This document shows, piece by piece, positions 49,901 to 56,661 of a stretch of 64,000 bases of DNA; within the stretch, counting starts at the first letter, position 1, and each line of letters opens with the position of its first letter. The notes below the pieces were generated by a model that made no database searches, was not told the origin of the DNA, and saw nothing but the letters and a program-made list of their open reading frames with translations. The position numbers and the translations under genes are program-made. This DNA is from a virus, in IMG/VR virus record IMGVR_UViG_3300013744_000001, positions 1 through 64,000 of that record; one strand, written 5' to 3'.

Positions 49901-51064
49901 CCGCATTGCGGCAATCTCTGCCCGCCTTGCCGATATCCTGCTCAGTTCGACTCTCGTGGCATTGCGAGCTGTAACACCTCCGCGTGTGAACAAAGCCTTG
50001 GCTTCGTTAACAACACCGCCACCAACGACGTTGAGAGTACCGACAATATCCAACGACGCCGACGCAAGACCTGCGACAAGTGTGCTGGTCGGATGCTCGG
50101 GGTCGTAAACACCCTTTGCTCTTTCTTCCCCGCGTATTGCGCCCAGTTCCTGTGCAGAGGCAAAGATGCCCAGACCGGTAAGAATACGACGGGCAATGCC
50201 CAAGCGCCCCGTCTTGGGAAGGAATCTGGCAACGCCTACAAGACCAAGAGATGGAGCAATCGATGCCCAGTTCTCGATCAGCATCTCGTTGACCTTGCCG
50301 ACCAGAGCACCGAAACCCTCTTCCAGAAGCGTTTCTCTGGCACTCTTGCCATACGTCCGCTCATAGTTGCCGTTTTTGATATCTTCTTCAGTCTTGATCA
50401 CAGCCTGATTGGCCCAGTCGCTGATCTGCTTCGATCCAAGCTGATCACCCACAAGACCAATAGCATCTGCCCAATTCTGCGTAGCCTGCTTGACAGAATG
50501 CACAGCAGCACTGTCCCGCTTGACCGTTTCACCTTCCGCATCGGGCAGTGCCAGAGTTTTGGCATTGGACTTCAGAACCTCATCGACTGTCGTATACTCG
50601 TCGATACCCGATTTCTCAAAGAACAGCTTCTTGAAGTTGGCCTTGCTGACACCTTTCAGATACGGGAACTCATACTTGGTCGTTCTGCCGATGACCCTGT
50701 TGGCCATCTTGTCCATGTAGTAGTCAAGGTTCTCGGTCTTTACCGGGTCCGCTTCGATGAACGCTCTCAAAGTTTGAAGATTCAGAACATCGTCCGGATT
50801 CTCCGATGGCTTCTGCAAACCAAAGGTACTGTGCGCATCGGGGAAGATATCAAAGGTCGTGTTCAATGCAAAGTCTTCGCGCTCTTCCTTGCTGGCCAGC
50901 GTAGGATCGCTCTTGGCAACCTTGAGCGCAGCGCCATATGCCTGCTTGATAGCATGGTCGTAGAGATAATTCTTCTGCTCGGCACTCAAATCATCGGCGC
51001 TGCCTTCAACACCCAGCGCTGCCAAATACGACTGATAATCGAACGTGTCCCTTGAATTTGCCAT
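37916..51064 (-). CDS. giant 4382-aa protein with repeated zincin-like HExxH motifs (polyvalent, probably virion-delivered)
   Basis: Uninterrupted 13.1-kb frame. HExxH-type motifs LMHEIQHAV, VMHECSHYG and variant LMHELGAHV lie in separate regions. No Walker A or polymerase motifs were recognised. Its start is coupled to the upstream stop (TGAgATG). Confidence 0.7.
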   Translation of the reverse strand: MANSRDTFDYQSYLAALGVEGSADDLSAEQKNYLYDHAIKQAYGAALKVAKSDPTLASKEEREDFALNTTFDIFPDAHSTFGLQKPSENPDDVLNLQTLRAFIEADPVKTENLDYYMDKMANRVIGRTTKYEFPYLKGVSKANFKKLFFEKSGIDEYTTVDEVLKSNAKTLALPDAEGETVKRDSAAVHSVKQATQNWADAIGLVGDQLGSKQISDWANQAVIKTEEDIKNGNYERTYGKSARETLLEEGFGALVGKVNEMLIENWASIAPSLGLVGVARFLPKTGRLGIARRILTGLGIFASAQELGAIRGEERAKGVYDPEHPTSTLVAGLASASLDIVGTLNVVGGGVVNEAKALFTRGGVTARNATRVELSRISARRAEIAAMREADRNILQRTGRAALFEGVTETAQEHVAMGSAALKGATYGAMDVVDRSIDTFLVGAASGAGIHTVSEAGDKLTSRAEEKEFNDRIIRGDDEGPLDVGPAAGFPKRTDIKGVNRDDLSPTDDGTDVIAGVSDKEVTTLPHAKRKDGMYEWDSLTNAATGQEDSVVSIGKYIAEGSSDREAYLRLLATINDPQTKKTIDAKQIEHRNENDEASVKFSSGQTLTVRGDRSGRLIERIVALHNANDNAVVFHKSTTIDASKIEDQSDEGLLSYLERELYTYKGTAPPELVTDTAPAGAVSIPVVTDVPRQGASGTRASFLELVEVEETDDDGNVTKREELQDTRNIEQTLREQGYFVISPEQVSAKTRKSRGIGSRDIYAYKDGILYHARLHESNNSSALYATVDGYDVETGAQIKLDDRVARQEIRTAYAKPDANNQEGQGTVVAKSIYIGPPAEGIRVQRQMKGSKAWWQFNDDDIRRLRLSRIIDDEGRNDVNYRSLVTDNGALLSLYVTDSGKVILRNQRGRLLTKGNLTRFMDEMTDEIDARQGIEYVVGVLQGKSRQGYETISLPVESGVSDEIIFVYPRNQKDSAKRKIYAVWRTSGKTTGDKRPLHRVIEWSAEEDSFPARLERLFNATSLDDLRSVFGTNWIDARVVARVNTDGETEYVSAKSGNTGIYWTKDISKAKLFSNDTKLEDIGRNSEAATGELVSVHAILSQFNNDNSLVMFGEDTPFADILAKVKEYVHLLSPLGEPQGWTWTPSKKGFFSSVNESLLHPMGHSNDQATTSVSTEDAVTSGQPELAVKTQTERIQNLEAAIREQMRLSKGAMSALSGVAKKVEAANQLSTPEEKAAALEEIADRMERNFYRNAVRIYAGVLGSRLDSNSELGQEVAEVMNDRNSTLEDMQNLVRKVEDLFNRSFPVTKPLPDVKDVDALVAMNARVSVLAGPLFSRNTRAARVRRAGTKGISLLRELLRTRLMSDSRLANLLGSETLILVDTQEEAEELIAAAYGTAPFYSREGLIQGFVIPETGQVVLVGDGIRVGDAGAVLMHELGAHVRRFGFSDEEFTGILDELKNRQNDDSEEGRQIREAIRRVQEGNRLNSNDRHFWEEVGAYLVEANAGNPTSIVSRIVSWIKTYLYKLSVIDTDSLTNQDIVNFARGAVRTARRGDFDRNVSQTISRNAQIYGLARNLGVPIDELRKELDKIHERTASEESDVQFSFAGERGAAALDNAEAATTRLDNLVVAREMEAANKSVSLIKLATGWERGKDGKWRYELDDSGITVRTNEAIHALAQVVPVALRKIIDAPELFAAYPELQQMRFAYRADDDSRVAGTYFGPKRGIHLRDDLLKKPEKAKQVLMHEIQHAVQDIEGFANGGSVEEAPVNVNREKARENAPGPWLKLMTDKSLLTGYLKTHGISVKANGDLSRKVRIDKYKASSINRLVKLINRLFAVKTPYYNEKRYERDIYRKLYNVGWDHFYDYVRRNVPAFRGMDKTKFDAQWGVVRSWKEEYEQELAAIKWYKSIAGETEARNVETRLDMTATERRESAAYQTEDIAREDQHILEKELRGFVQLFSAHQELRSRSDLMVDFVQTPSFKAWYGDWQTDSSLSPPAVQQAEDGNLVVKNSKGEFKVFDEATPKFSMAISNKPVQYEEMDSGIVHLGPNAKHIVPKESAIPKKLRDKGVVFYSPETISNFNTRFDRLRRYGFIYASLNDRVSSIDALQNIIMRRQQAMLPGTTSADFALGRFINDTFVIDYLSVDREHMSEYVFMHEMTENGVPFVTALAYDEEIDLNEMNNPGLFGFNVSYIGQQYSSGLSRQHKHVYILAENNTPQADIDLYIQQLKARADFVEREITEDDIGEQVSPVPWYSSLAELVGEQSRNLPAAKWLSRLVQWGNESKNRGESSPFNQEVYWTGVREWLEIKDPNDIVEPAELYDFLVGNNVEFKNVMLGGPRSKLGRYARQSVPLDNTDWDLRIRKHESSDYVFAAVSSDLFADQPIAYALLSRLSVHSAGTGIRRVILAINNDDITTLLNNNDVQTRLENILDATFKPVANQQAVGNARKQWAKQFKNYKDAITYFNDWFNQNIYNNPELAYLTSDTSSYLPTHYSGSVMEGRKTDYAELLFYQNKKTPTLEYLHEFVIDPRHWRKEVVNGGLRYTLSEDAMLGRDMHIDYVEKDNKYALTIEVFSDDDFYDISNVSDGTTVTYTTDTLEEALKRASDFVVEQDMNEQLVADEFNQGHFPREGKDLVAHTRFDTRETTDGKRILFVEEVQSDWANDLLFGKLRPEAPYVKYQKAWVTMVAKQVIAHAVEQGDIDGISWTSAEDQSNRWHTMGKRRLEVYQKTLPKAMQNILSDHSPDAKLENVDIQDIGVRQALMLTDEIRNSIQSKGFPLFSIQDTGRSSDETVEGQQIQGAPGVYNRKGGGFAMRYDETVPGHERESLVYGAVLMTDNARDTDLLRALQTSLEADKDLLDSTVGMLVRESQNGESFDRKGIFASMMREVIFEGEENPHFNEVRDALYDAAGLALHVAPSSLSLTDAELLSAANAIGALENNVSEIDVAHPVPPPASELTRNEILDEAIQAGIEENDSVVPEYNADGTASVRTESGNTEYVFEDVNGKDENFRAALDSLSELTTNYDDGTLFSTNEDGTVRKIPGLTTPEELEAFLQRILPPELYEQIEIHWEETRTAKAILRNAFGLFFPYRATDKSIHIRAWDRSIPQVLATVMHECSHYGWTMWGSKALDAEIVRIYNAYTETIYAELPQYFEMLGISDPYLVPDKWKVYLVNEFFAHVNASLMDDSPQIANAFHISDEEYRAMRERLWGVMAEIERKIGNSLLVNIGDRTAIDKFAKDLIALTMGTVVGRGARLIQNTLQSPTGARAPLSKIQIITNDYGQTRRTVPQTREALQVAETREVIRKWGRFFSKGDVIAEFILNNFPMHNRLKGWGFFPSLNVEHAVLGESVGTAYASRLIGNFWNKVSETVASKQRKRFLDLLDLKSALLDAHFDPNLIGGRGNETFAQVFTRLGFAPDSAMMQKARLADATALELSSMKYRNALDIRRAIRGQALELEKRMRIAKIDERTIGRMRKSMAQFESRFHADWDHRMYNVFNGETGVRDLQRLLSYLETDTGAGEMTVNERARDAERIIEAATQQEQAGLITYKQFLSSTRDARTVLKDKERLDALKHYFELRTSNAVKIRAGSDWRTMLLRNMRAEIKQLIMEASRSNNNNGYGEDHLNRISAVRGRTLEDTEEDNFYRTFLDPNTNFFESLLYSVDQQEKILQKLTFNQEMAEHILDTGMGVLRQSIEHDRSYSDSLSWAEDGSILKYVAVDPIFQHALDNEYEVNRNVREAAWSGAIDSMKANSTIYSLRLAVSNHIGSLGILMSSGHLFRIGMMKKAGHVSWKQFADKMLLNSKNLSEAENKFLQMMYKYHIWGATTSDTMMQIRNKGWHEKAIHAIFSYLRDLNVVSNMSQNGLENIVKNALDKMRQFYAFGDEWLKPWVFMNNYNNMLAKHKALTPGLREEQYERLAGKDAAEMTLQETTSWEYTPKLIRHMSMNSIRMITPDFLMHNFQMARITAAIYTRFFDVMEELGKVSARDDVNEPAMKEYKDALTKEAVQRGIGVGLTTATYYGLFGAAKGVIAYLPYALGTMLGAIKLDDDDDERKKRRARSFFYPSEYHGATRITNWLNGGNNLFLPVMRDHDDPYSFFGYNYARNNVMLTHAPIMAATEDPTFEQRIIEAMKNFMDLSQGTMTQELVNNLMGKDKFGREISPAEAATAIGKRMMVPGVMTQILQATVGLPSTDTDFRKGRAIKVPQLAGITVNKYDVRDVTNHLGYFIREQGSLSKNVKKRAFVDDLSKGQPLPARDIAERIAKLREKNREDLNKAVYLLKGIRDFGLSEKEIHKYLTTSRKNAATLVSKDNAMAFLKGQNIFDIMLLNSLEEKKRNLLKSVPTSRMDKDSIDIAIANTDRAIKLMRQSLRISVE

Positions 51065-51065
51065 C

Positions 51066-51587
51066 TCAGTTCTGCTCCAGAATACCTTTGATTACATTGA
51101 CCACATTGCGACCAGCCTTGTTTCTGCCGGCAAGCTGTTTGGACAGCATCCCGATGACATCGGCAAGTGTGGCTCTTGGAGGAATGACAATCGAACGAAC
51201 TTCGGGCCTTGACTCGTTTATAACGTCAAGGAAACGCTTAATAGTACCCGAGTATATATCGTCACCGACAATCACGGCATCTTCACCGAAGTGAAACGCC
51301 ACTATCATATCGTCGATAGAACCGTACTGCTCGAAAAACATCCTGTCCATGATGGCTGTAGTACTGACATTGTCAGCCAGAGCGTAGACATTGACGTTGC
51401 CTGTCATCTGCGCAGCACGCTCAGGAAGCACAGGCATAAAGCCCTGCTTCCCGTCGATATCGTAGTACTCATCATCTCCGCCGCTCACATACAAAGCCCT
51501 TGCGATATAGCCAAAAGGGTCGGGGTGCCCGAGCGGAAGAAGAATCCCGTTGTAAACTTCCTTGAGCTGCGCAGCACTCAGTTCCAT
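51066..51587 (-). CDS. hypothetical protein
   Basis: 173 aa. The stop overlaps the giant gene's start. Confidence 0.45.
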   Translation of the reverse strand: MELSAAQLKEVYNGILLPLGHPDPFGYIARALYVSGGDDEYYDIDGKQGFMPVLPERAAQMTGNVNVYALADNVSTTAIMDRMFFEQYGSIDDMIVAFHFGEDAVIVGDDIYSGTIKRFLDVINESRPEVRSIVIPPRATLADVIGMLSKQLAGRNKAGRNVVNVIKGILEQN

Positions 51588-52096
51588 TACGGTGCCTCTT
51601 TCGGTACTTCAGTTATTGTCGTAGTCGTCGTGCTCATATTGGCACCGGTGGTGGGCGAGTTGTCCTTGCCCGAACCATACGTGTGACCTTTGCCCACCAT
51701 TGTAACCTTGTCACCGGCACTTTTCAACGCCTGTTTCATCACGTTGGCACCGGCAACAATGCCGGTTACAGCAATGCCTCCGGTGACGGCACTACCAACA
51801 ACCTGCGCCAAAGCCTGATTCTGCGCATCGGCAACATAATTGATGGCATCATAGGCATTGGTCTTAACCAGATCAGCACACCGATCCGCCTTACCGGCCA
51901 ACGCTTCGACAGCCACAAGCAAAGCCTGGTCCTTAACATCGGCATACTGCGGCGCCTGTGCCTGTTTGCTTTTATAACAGCTCTCCACCATCCTTGCCTG
52001 CGCATTGGCTATCTCCACATCATACTGTGTAAGCTTGTGTCCTGCGCAGGAGGAAAGGAAGAGAACGGGTAAAACGAACAATGTCGTACGTTTCAT
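51587..52096 (-). CDS. lipoprotein (lipobox LSSC)
   Basis: MKRTTLFVLPVLFLSSCAGHK is a signal peptide plus lipobox Cys. The mature part is A/V/G-rich. Confidence 0.55.
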   Translation of the reverse strand: MKRTTLFVLPVLFLSSCAGHKLTQYDVEIANAQARMVESCYKSKQAQAPQYADVKDQALLVAVEALAGKADRCADLVKTNAYDAINYVADAQNQALAQVVGSAVTGGIAVTGIVAGANVMKQALKSAGDKVTMVGKGHTYGSGKDNSPTTGANMSTTTTTITEVPKEAP

Positions 52097-54507
52097 TTCG
52101 CACCTCGCAACTTGTTAAGATACGTAGCCCAGTAAATCTTTTCCTCGTTAGCAATGTCCAACCCCGACTGCTGTAAATTGTCGAGAATTGAAAATACCTC
52201 TTCGTCGTTTGCAGCAGAGAGAAGTGCTTTCTTGTCAGCGTCACTAAGCGAAGCAAACTGTGGCGGCTCAACCATGGCATCGTCCTGTTGCTCAGGCGTC
52301 GGTGTCACAGGCTGAGCAGGCTGAGCAGGCTGAGCAGGCTGAGCAGGCTGAGCAGGCTGAGCAGGCTGAGCAGGCTGAGCAGGCTGAGCAGGCTGAGCAG
52401 ACTCCGAATTATTGAAACCTGCAAAATTCAACCATTCATTTGCACCGGCATCCGATATTCTCCCTGCCTTGCGCAAATTTCCAAGCTGCACTTTGGCATC
52501 TTCCAGTGTCGTTGCATTAACCAGATCTCTGCGCTCCGCAAAAGACAGGTCCTTATAAAACGAAGGAAACCTGGGAGGCTTGTTCGGACCCATCCAGTAT
52601 GTGTAAGAAGCACCCGGTGCGTTCAACATTGCCCGTTCGCCACGCATAAGATCGTCATTGGACTGGCCCAAGGCGCTGGACATCAAATCATTTACACCTT
52701 CCTTTGTAGCGTCGAGCAGAGGCTTGGCTACTGTGGCAACAGTCGCAGCGCCCCCGCCGAGTCGACCGGCAACTCCCAGCGCACGCCCGACACCGCCCTT
52801 TGCTGCACTGGAAGCGACTGCCTCAGCCGCTTCGGCGGCACCCTTGGCTGCACGGCCTCTGAAATACTTCCACGCAGCAAGACCGCCGACGCCAATACCA
52901 ATGCCTGCACCAACACCGATGTTTCTGTCTTTCTTTGACTCTGCCTGAGCTGTTGCAGGTTCGGCAGGCTGCGGCGTCACTGTCTCTGTCGACGGTTGAG
53001 CACCACCAGCATTGCTTGCCTGCTGTCCAGTCTGTGCTTGAGCCTGTGCCTGAGCCTGTTCCTGTTGCTGCAACCACAAAGACTTCTGCTGTCCGTGGTG
53101 ATTCCACGCTTTGTCATAATTATCGATGGTCTTCTGGTCTGGTTGCGACGCAAAATGTTCTTTCAAATAAATGGTCTTCAAACCTTCGCCATAACCATCG
53201 ATGTCACCATTCGACCCAGCGACAACTGTTGTTCTGAACTCCTTTGTAAACCTGGCAGGACTACGACCAACGGCCAACAGCACAGCCAGCGTCGCTTGAT
53301 CCTCCTCACTCAGATCCATTGCACGCTTCGCAGCCAGCACCCGCTGTGCAAATTCACCCTTCATGTCAACGTATCGAGGCATAATACGATTCTTCAGATC
53401 GCCGAAGGTTTCGTTTGTTATCTGATAGAACCCGTTGGCCGTAGAGTCGGGATCATTTGACACAGCCTGACCGTCACCGCGGGATTCTGCGTACTTGACA
53501 ATGTTCAAATAATCGTTGAATACCTCCTTGACAATAGCAGGCGACACACCCTGTTGCTGAGCAACTTTCGAAACAAAGCCATTCATAAGTTCGTTGTCGC
53601 CTATGAGATCAAACTCTCCCTGATCAGTGGCGGCTGAAGCAGCTTTGATATTATTGTCTGCGGGTTTCAACCCCGCAGGATTCTTGCCACCTGCCATAGC
53701 TGCAAGCTGCGAAAGTACGTCCTCTGCGCCCTGACTGTCCTGCTGCGCCCGACTTTGTCGATACATACGATCGGATTCATTGAATTTCAAAAGTGTATTC
53801 TCCGTATCAATTTCAGCTTTGGTAGTAAAGTCAAGCGCCTTGGCCTCAGCTTCCAGAACGGCCTTGTTGTTTTCGTACTGCTGACGCTTGTGCTCGTTCC
53901 TCAGCTTCTGCAACTCAAGCAATGTGTTCGTATACTGCTCATCCAGTTTGCCCAGCTTATCGATGGTTGCCATATCATGTTGCAACCTGCGTTCCTCACG
54001 CTCAGCGGCACTGGCTCTGGCCATCTCGTACCCGGCCATGATAGATGTGAGCGTAGGTGCCGGGATATTCGACTGCTGCTGAAGAAATGCAAGGGTTTTA
54101 TCGTTCAGAACACCTGCGAACTTGGTGAAATGTTCGTTATATCTCTCCTGTAACGTCTGAATCTCCTGTGCACGTCTGGCGTAAAGTGCCTGCTGATTGC
54201 TGATACCGGCAAGCCCTGCCTCGATATCGAGGTCAGCTATGGCCATGTTCTGCTTCGCAGCACGTGTGGCAAGCCTGGTTGTCTCGCCCTGATACCGTTT
54301 GATGATCTGTCGCATACGACCGGCGAAAGTATTAGCAGCTTTATCTGCCCGCTGCTGAATATCCTTGTTCAATCGCTCCTGATCGCTCGTCGGTCTGATC
54401 AGTTGGAAACGAAGACGCTCCTTTCCAGCCTCGGCCAGTTGCTCCTTGTTCTGCGCCTGCACCTGTGCCTGTTGCTGCACCGGAAGCGGTGTTGGGATGT
54501 CAGCCAT
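52093..54507 (-). CDS. internal virion/ejection protein with lytic transglycosylase (SLT-like) segment, TM segment and (PAQ)10 repeat
   Basis: YAESRGDGQ...GFYQITNETF resembles SLT motifs E-S and GLMQ. A Gly-rich TM stretch GVGAGIGIGVGGLAAW is present. RBS cAAGGGGtaaatc. Confidence 0.5.
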   Translation of the reverse strand: MADIPTPLPVQQQAQVQAQNKEQLAEAGKERLRFQLIRPTSDQERLNKDIQQRADKAANTFAGRMRQIIKRYQGETTRLATRAAKQNMAIADLDIEAGLAGISNQQALYARRAQEIQTLQERYNEHFTKFAGVLNDKTLAFLQQQSNIPAPTLTSIMAGYEMARASAAEREERRLQHDMATIDKLGKLDEQYTNTLLELQKLRNEHKRQQYENNKAVLEAEAKALDFTTKAEIDTENTLLKFNESDRMYRQSRAQQDSQGAEDVLSQLAAMAGGKNPAGLKPADNNIKAASAATDQGEFDLIGDNELMNGFVSKVAQQQGVSPAIVKEVFNDYLNIVKYAESRGDGQAVSNDPDSTANGFYQITNETFGDLKNRIMPRYVDMKGEFAQRVLAAKRAMDLSEEDQATLAVLLAVGRSPARFTKEFRTTVVAGSNGDIDGYGEGLKTIYLKEHFASQPDQKTIDNYDKAWNHHGQQKSLWLQQQEQAQAQAQAQTGQQASNAGGAQPSTETVTPQPAEPATAQAESKKDRNIGVGAGIGIGVGGLAAWKYFRGRAAKGAAEAAEAVASSAAKGGVGRALGVAGRLGGGAATVATVAKPLLDATKEGVNDLMSSALGQSNDDLMRGERAMLNAPGASYTYWMGPNKPPRFPSFYKDLSFAERRDLVNATTLEDAKVQLGNLRKAGRISDAGANEWLNFAGFNNSESAQPAQPAQPAQPAQPAQPAQPAQPAQPAQPVTPTPEQQDDAMVEPPQFASLSDADKKALLSAANDEEVFSILDNLQQSGLDIANEEKIYWATYLNKLRGAK
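52311..52400. repeat. 9-bp tandem repeat (gctgagcag) x10 encoding (PAQ)n on the minus strand
   Basis: Direct reading of ten perfect copies inside the 52093..54507 CDS. Confidence 0.9.
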
Positions 54508-54510
54508 GAT

Positions 54511-55122
54511 TTACCCCTTGAGAAAATTATGCAGAGCAACGCCGAATGCCGTGCCTGCCGAATTGAAACCGTAACCAAAGGCATAAGTCGAACGCATATA
54601 AGAATCTGCAATACCCGGAAAATACTGGGCGTCACCCTCGCGCTCCACAGGAATGCCGACAACAACTTTCCAACGACTGAGCAGATCGGTGTTAACCCTT
54701 GTGCTCTCACTGTTATGCGTTACGGCGCGGACATGTGCAACCGCGGGTACGACACTAGTGGCAGCTCTGCCTGCGTAACCCACCATCGCCAGAGGACGAT
54801 ACCCGTCATTGCCCCGTCTGATCTTGCGCATCGACTCGCCGAAACCCCGAAACACAGCGCCCTTGGCCCGCTTGACACTGGAATCGCAGTACTTGTACGC
54901 GTTGGCAAAGAACTTGCGGTACCAGTTATAAAAGTCTGCGTCTGCGTCCCTGAACTCATAATAAATGTCTCTGGTCTCATCACCCAACTCTTCCAGCTTC
55001 TCAGCCAGTTGCTTGAGCTTCTTGATGTACTTGCGAAGCGCAATGAGATAAAAAGCCATCTGGGCAATGGAAAGCACCAGAGCCGATATCTCATAAAACT
55101 TGACAGCAGAACCACCAGCCAT
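54511..55122 (-). CDS. membrane-anchored protein, paralog of 55124..55930
   Basis: N-terminal TM helix ISALVLSIAQMAFYLIAL. The C-terminal motif GFNSAGTAFGVAL is shared with its neighbour. Confidence 0.45.
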   Translation of the reverse strand: MAGGSAVKFYEISALVLSIAQMAFYLIALRKYIKKLKQLAEKLEELGDETRDIYYEFRDADADFYNWYRKFFANAYKYCDSSVKRAKGAVFRGFGESMRKIRRGNDGYRPLAMVGYAGRAATSVVPAVAHVRAVTHNSESTRVNTDLLSRWKVVVGIPVEREGDAQYFPGIADSYMRSTYAFGYGFNSAGTAFGVALHNFLKG

Positions 55123-55123
55123 G

Positions 55124-55930
55124 TCATCCTCGTATCGCCTGAGACGCAGGCATGCCTATCTGAATCGGATTGGGCGAAGCGTTACTACCCAGACCCAGAT
55201 TATTCGTACTTATCTGCTGACCACCCTGCGGCAAGGTTGCCATCCGACCCAGGCTCACGCCGAGTGCTGCACCAGCAGAGTTAAACCCGCTGATGAATAT
55301 ATCGGAGAGACCCTGAAAAATAGCACCGCTCTGCTGATAATACTTCATCACATTGTCCGCGTTGAATACAGCTTTCATGCTCGACTGCGCAACCTGAACA
55401 ATGCGGGCCTTTTCCCACTTGAAGTTCAAAGCTTCCCGCTTTGCATGCGCTTCCATCAGCGATCCGGCAGAGCCTGTGCCCAAAGCCGCCGCAAGCTGCC
55501 CGTCGTGCAATCCCCACCCTGAAGGAATACCACAACAACTCGCTCGGGACAACTGAAATTGCATAGACGTCACAGCATTGCCATCAGAATCTGTCTCTTT
55601 GGCAAAGCGTGTGGCATTGCCACAAGGGTTCGAGCTGGGCTCTGGAATACCCAAAGCCTGCTTCTTCCAACGCAGAATCGGCAAGTCCTGATTCATCCGA
55701 TACTCGTGAAGCTTGTCGATGAACTCCATCTGTTTGTCGATCAACCTATCTCTGTCCTCAATGGCGTCGTCAAACATCTTCCAATAAATGATGAGCTGTG
55801 CCAACGCAAAGACGAGCTGAATCATCGTTTCAATCTGGAGCTCCTTCTCATACTGAAGCCGCTCCCGAAAGTACATGTTCGTTTCCATATTGAACATGTT
55901 TGCGTTTACAACCGTTACTGGAATACCCAT
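55124..55930 (-). CDS. membrane-anchored protein, paralog of 54511..55122
   Basis: TM helix MIQLVFALAQLIIYW. The C-terminus carries GFNSAGAALGVSL. Confidence 0.45.
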   Translation of the reverse strand: MGIPVTVVNANMFNMETNMYFRERLQYEKELQIETMIQLVFALAQLIIYWKMFDDAIEDRDRLIDKQMEFIDKLHEYRMNQDLPILRWKKQALGIPEPSSNPCGNATRFAKETDSDGNAVTSMQFQLSRASCCGIPSGWGLHDGQLAAALGTGSAGSLMEAHAKREALNFKWEKARIVQVAQSSMKAVFNADNVMKYYQQSGAIFQGLSDIFISGFNSAGAALGVSLGRMATLPQGGQQISTNNLGLGSNASPNPIQIGMPASQAIRG

Positions 55931-55981
55931 CGTCTCTGCCTCAACCGTTAACTAAATTTTATTACGCAAATCCAAGTACTT

Positions 55982-56010
55982 CCACAAAGTGAGTGTGGCT
56001 CACTTTGTGG
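55982..56010 (-). terminator. hairpin ccacaaagtgag / ctcactttgtgg
   Basis: 12-bp perfect stem with a 5-nt loop between two minus-strand genes. Confidence 0.4.
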
Positions 56011-56022
56011 ATATGTCTGTTT

Positions 56023-56322
56023 TCATTGAACAATTTGTTTCGTCTCAGAAGCAAACAATTGTTTCGCCTCCAAATGCGTTGCCATATAATTTATAAGCTC
56101 GGTCTTTCGTTCCACATACTCAACACCTTGACCAATGAGAACACCGTTAAGCGTTTCCAACTCTCCCAAAATATCGAGCTGCTTAACTGTCAACTTTTCT
56201 CTATCGAGTCCTGTGTACTTACCTGTCAGCGTCCAATTTATAAGCTTGGCCTCGTTCATATAATGCCTGGCATCTGTCGACTTTCCTCGCTTATCGCGAG
56301 TCAATTTTAACAACTTGCACAT
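56023..56322 (-). pseudogene. C-terminal half of a split KilA-N family paralog
   Basis: ARHYMNEAKLINW...GLDREKLTVKQLDILGELE aligns to the C-terminal region of the 61391..62116 product (ARMINQIMFG...GLDKETLDILAKIEE). Confidence 0.4.
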
Positions 56323-56365
56323 TGTCTTAAACGAACAGGTCGCAACACTTCGTAAACGTTTCCAT

Positions 56366-56644
56366 TCAAATTGAGGATGATCGCCGCGAAGAACTTTGTA
56401 AAATCGTCAATGATTTCGCATACTTCCAAATGGGGGGATTTTCCCCCATTTGGAAGTTATTGTTTTCATTATACATTTTACAAAGCTCATTTATATATGT
56501 TTTCGTCGACGGAAGTTTGAACCACTCTTTCAAATCCCTGCCAAAATTTTTCGCAGCTTCTGTAGCATTGAACCAACCATCCTCCATAAAGAAAACATCC
56601 ATATCCTCATACTGACTAACCACCAGCTCATTCTTCTTTCCCAT
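56366..56644 (-). pseudogene. N-terminal KilA-N domain fragment of the same split paralog
   Basis: EDGWFNATEAAKNFGRDLKEWFK parallels DEGWFNATEVGVHFGKRVDHWLA. The frame degenerates into SSSRRSSSI after the embedded palindrome. Confidence 0.45.
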
Positions 56645-56661
56645 AACGCACCTCCGAAAAA

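Noticed and set aside
49484-51055. 523-aa plus-strand ORF inside the giant gene. Many other 60-290-aa plus-strand ORFs lie between 38162 and 50720.
   Set aside because: These are antisense shadow ORFs within a continuous 13-kb minus-strand CDS. They have no RBS and a low-complexity Cys/Arg-rich composition.
37916-51064. Giant protein as an N4-like virion RNA polymerase
   Set aside because: No T7-like RNAP motifs (DxxGR, motif B R...K...YG, motif C HD) could be found by eye. HExxH metallopeptidase-like motifs are present instead. The idea cannot be fully excluded without profile searches.
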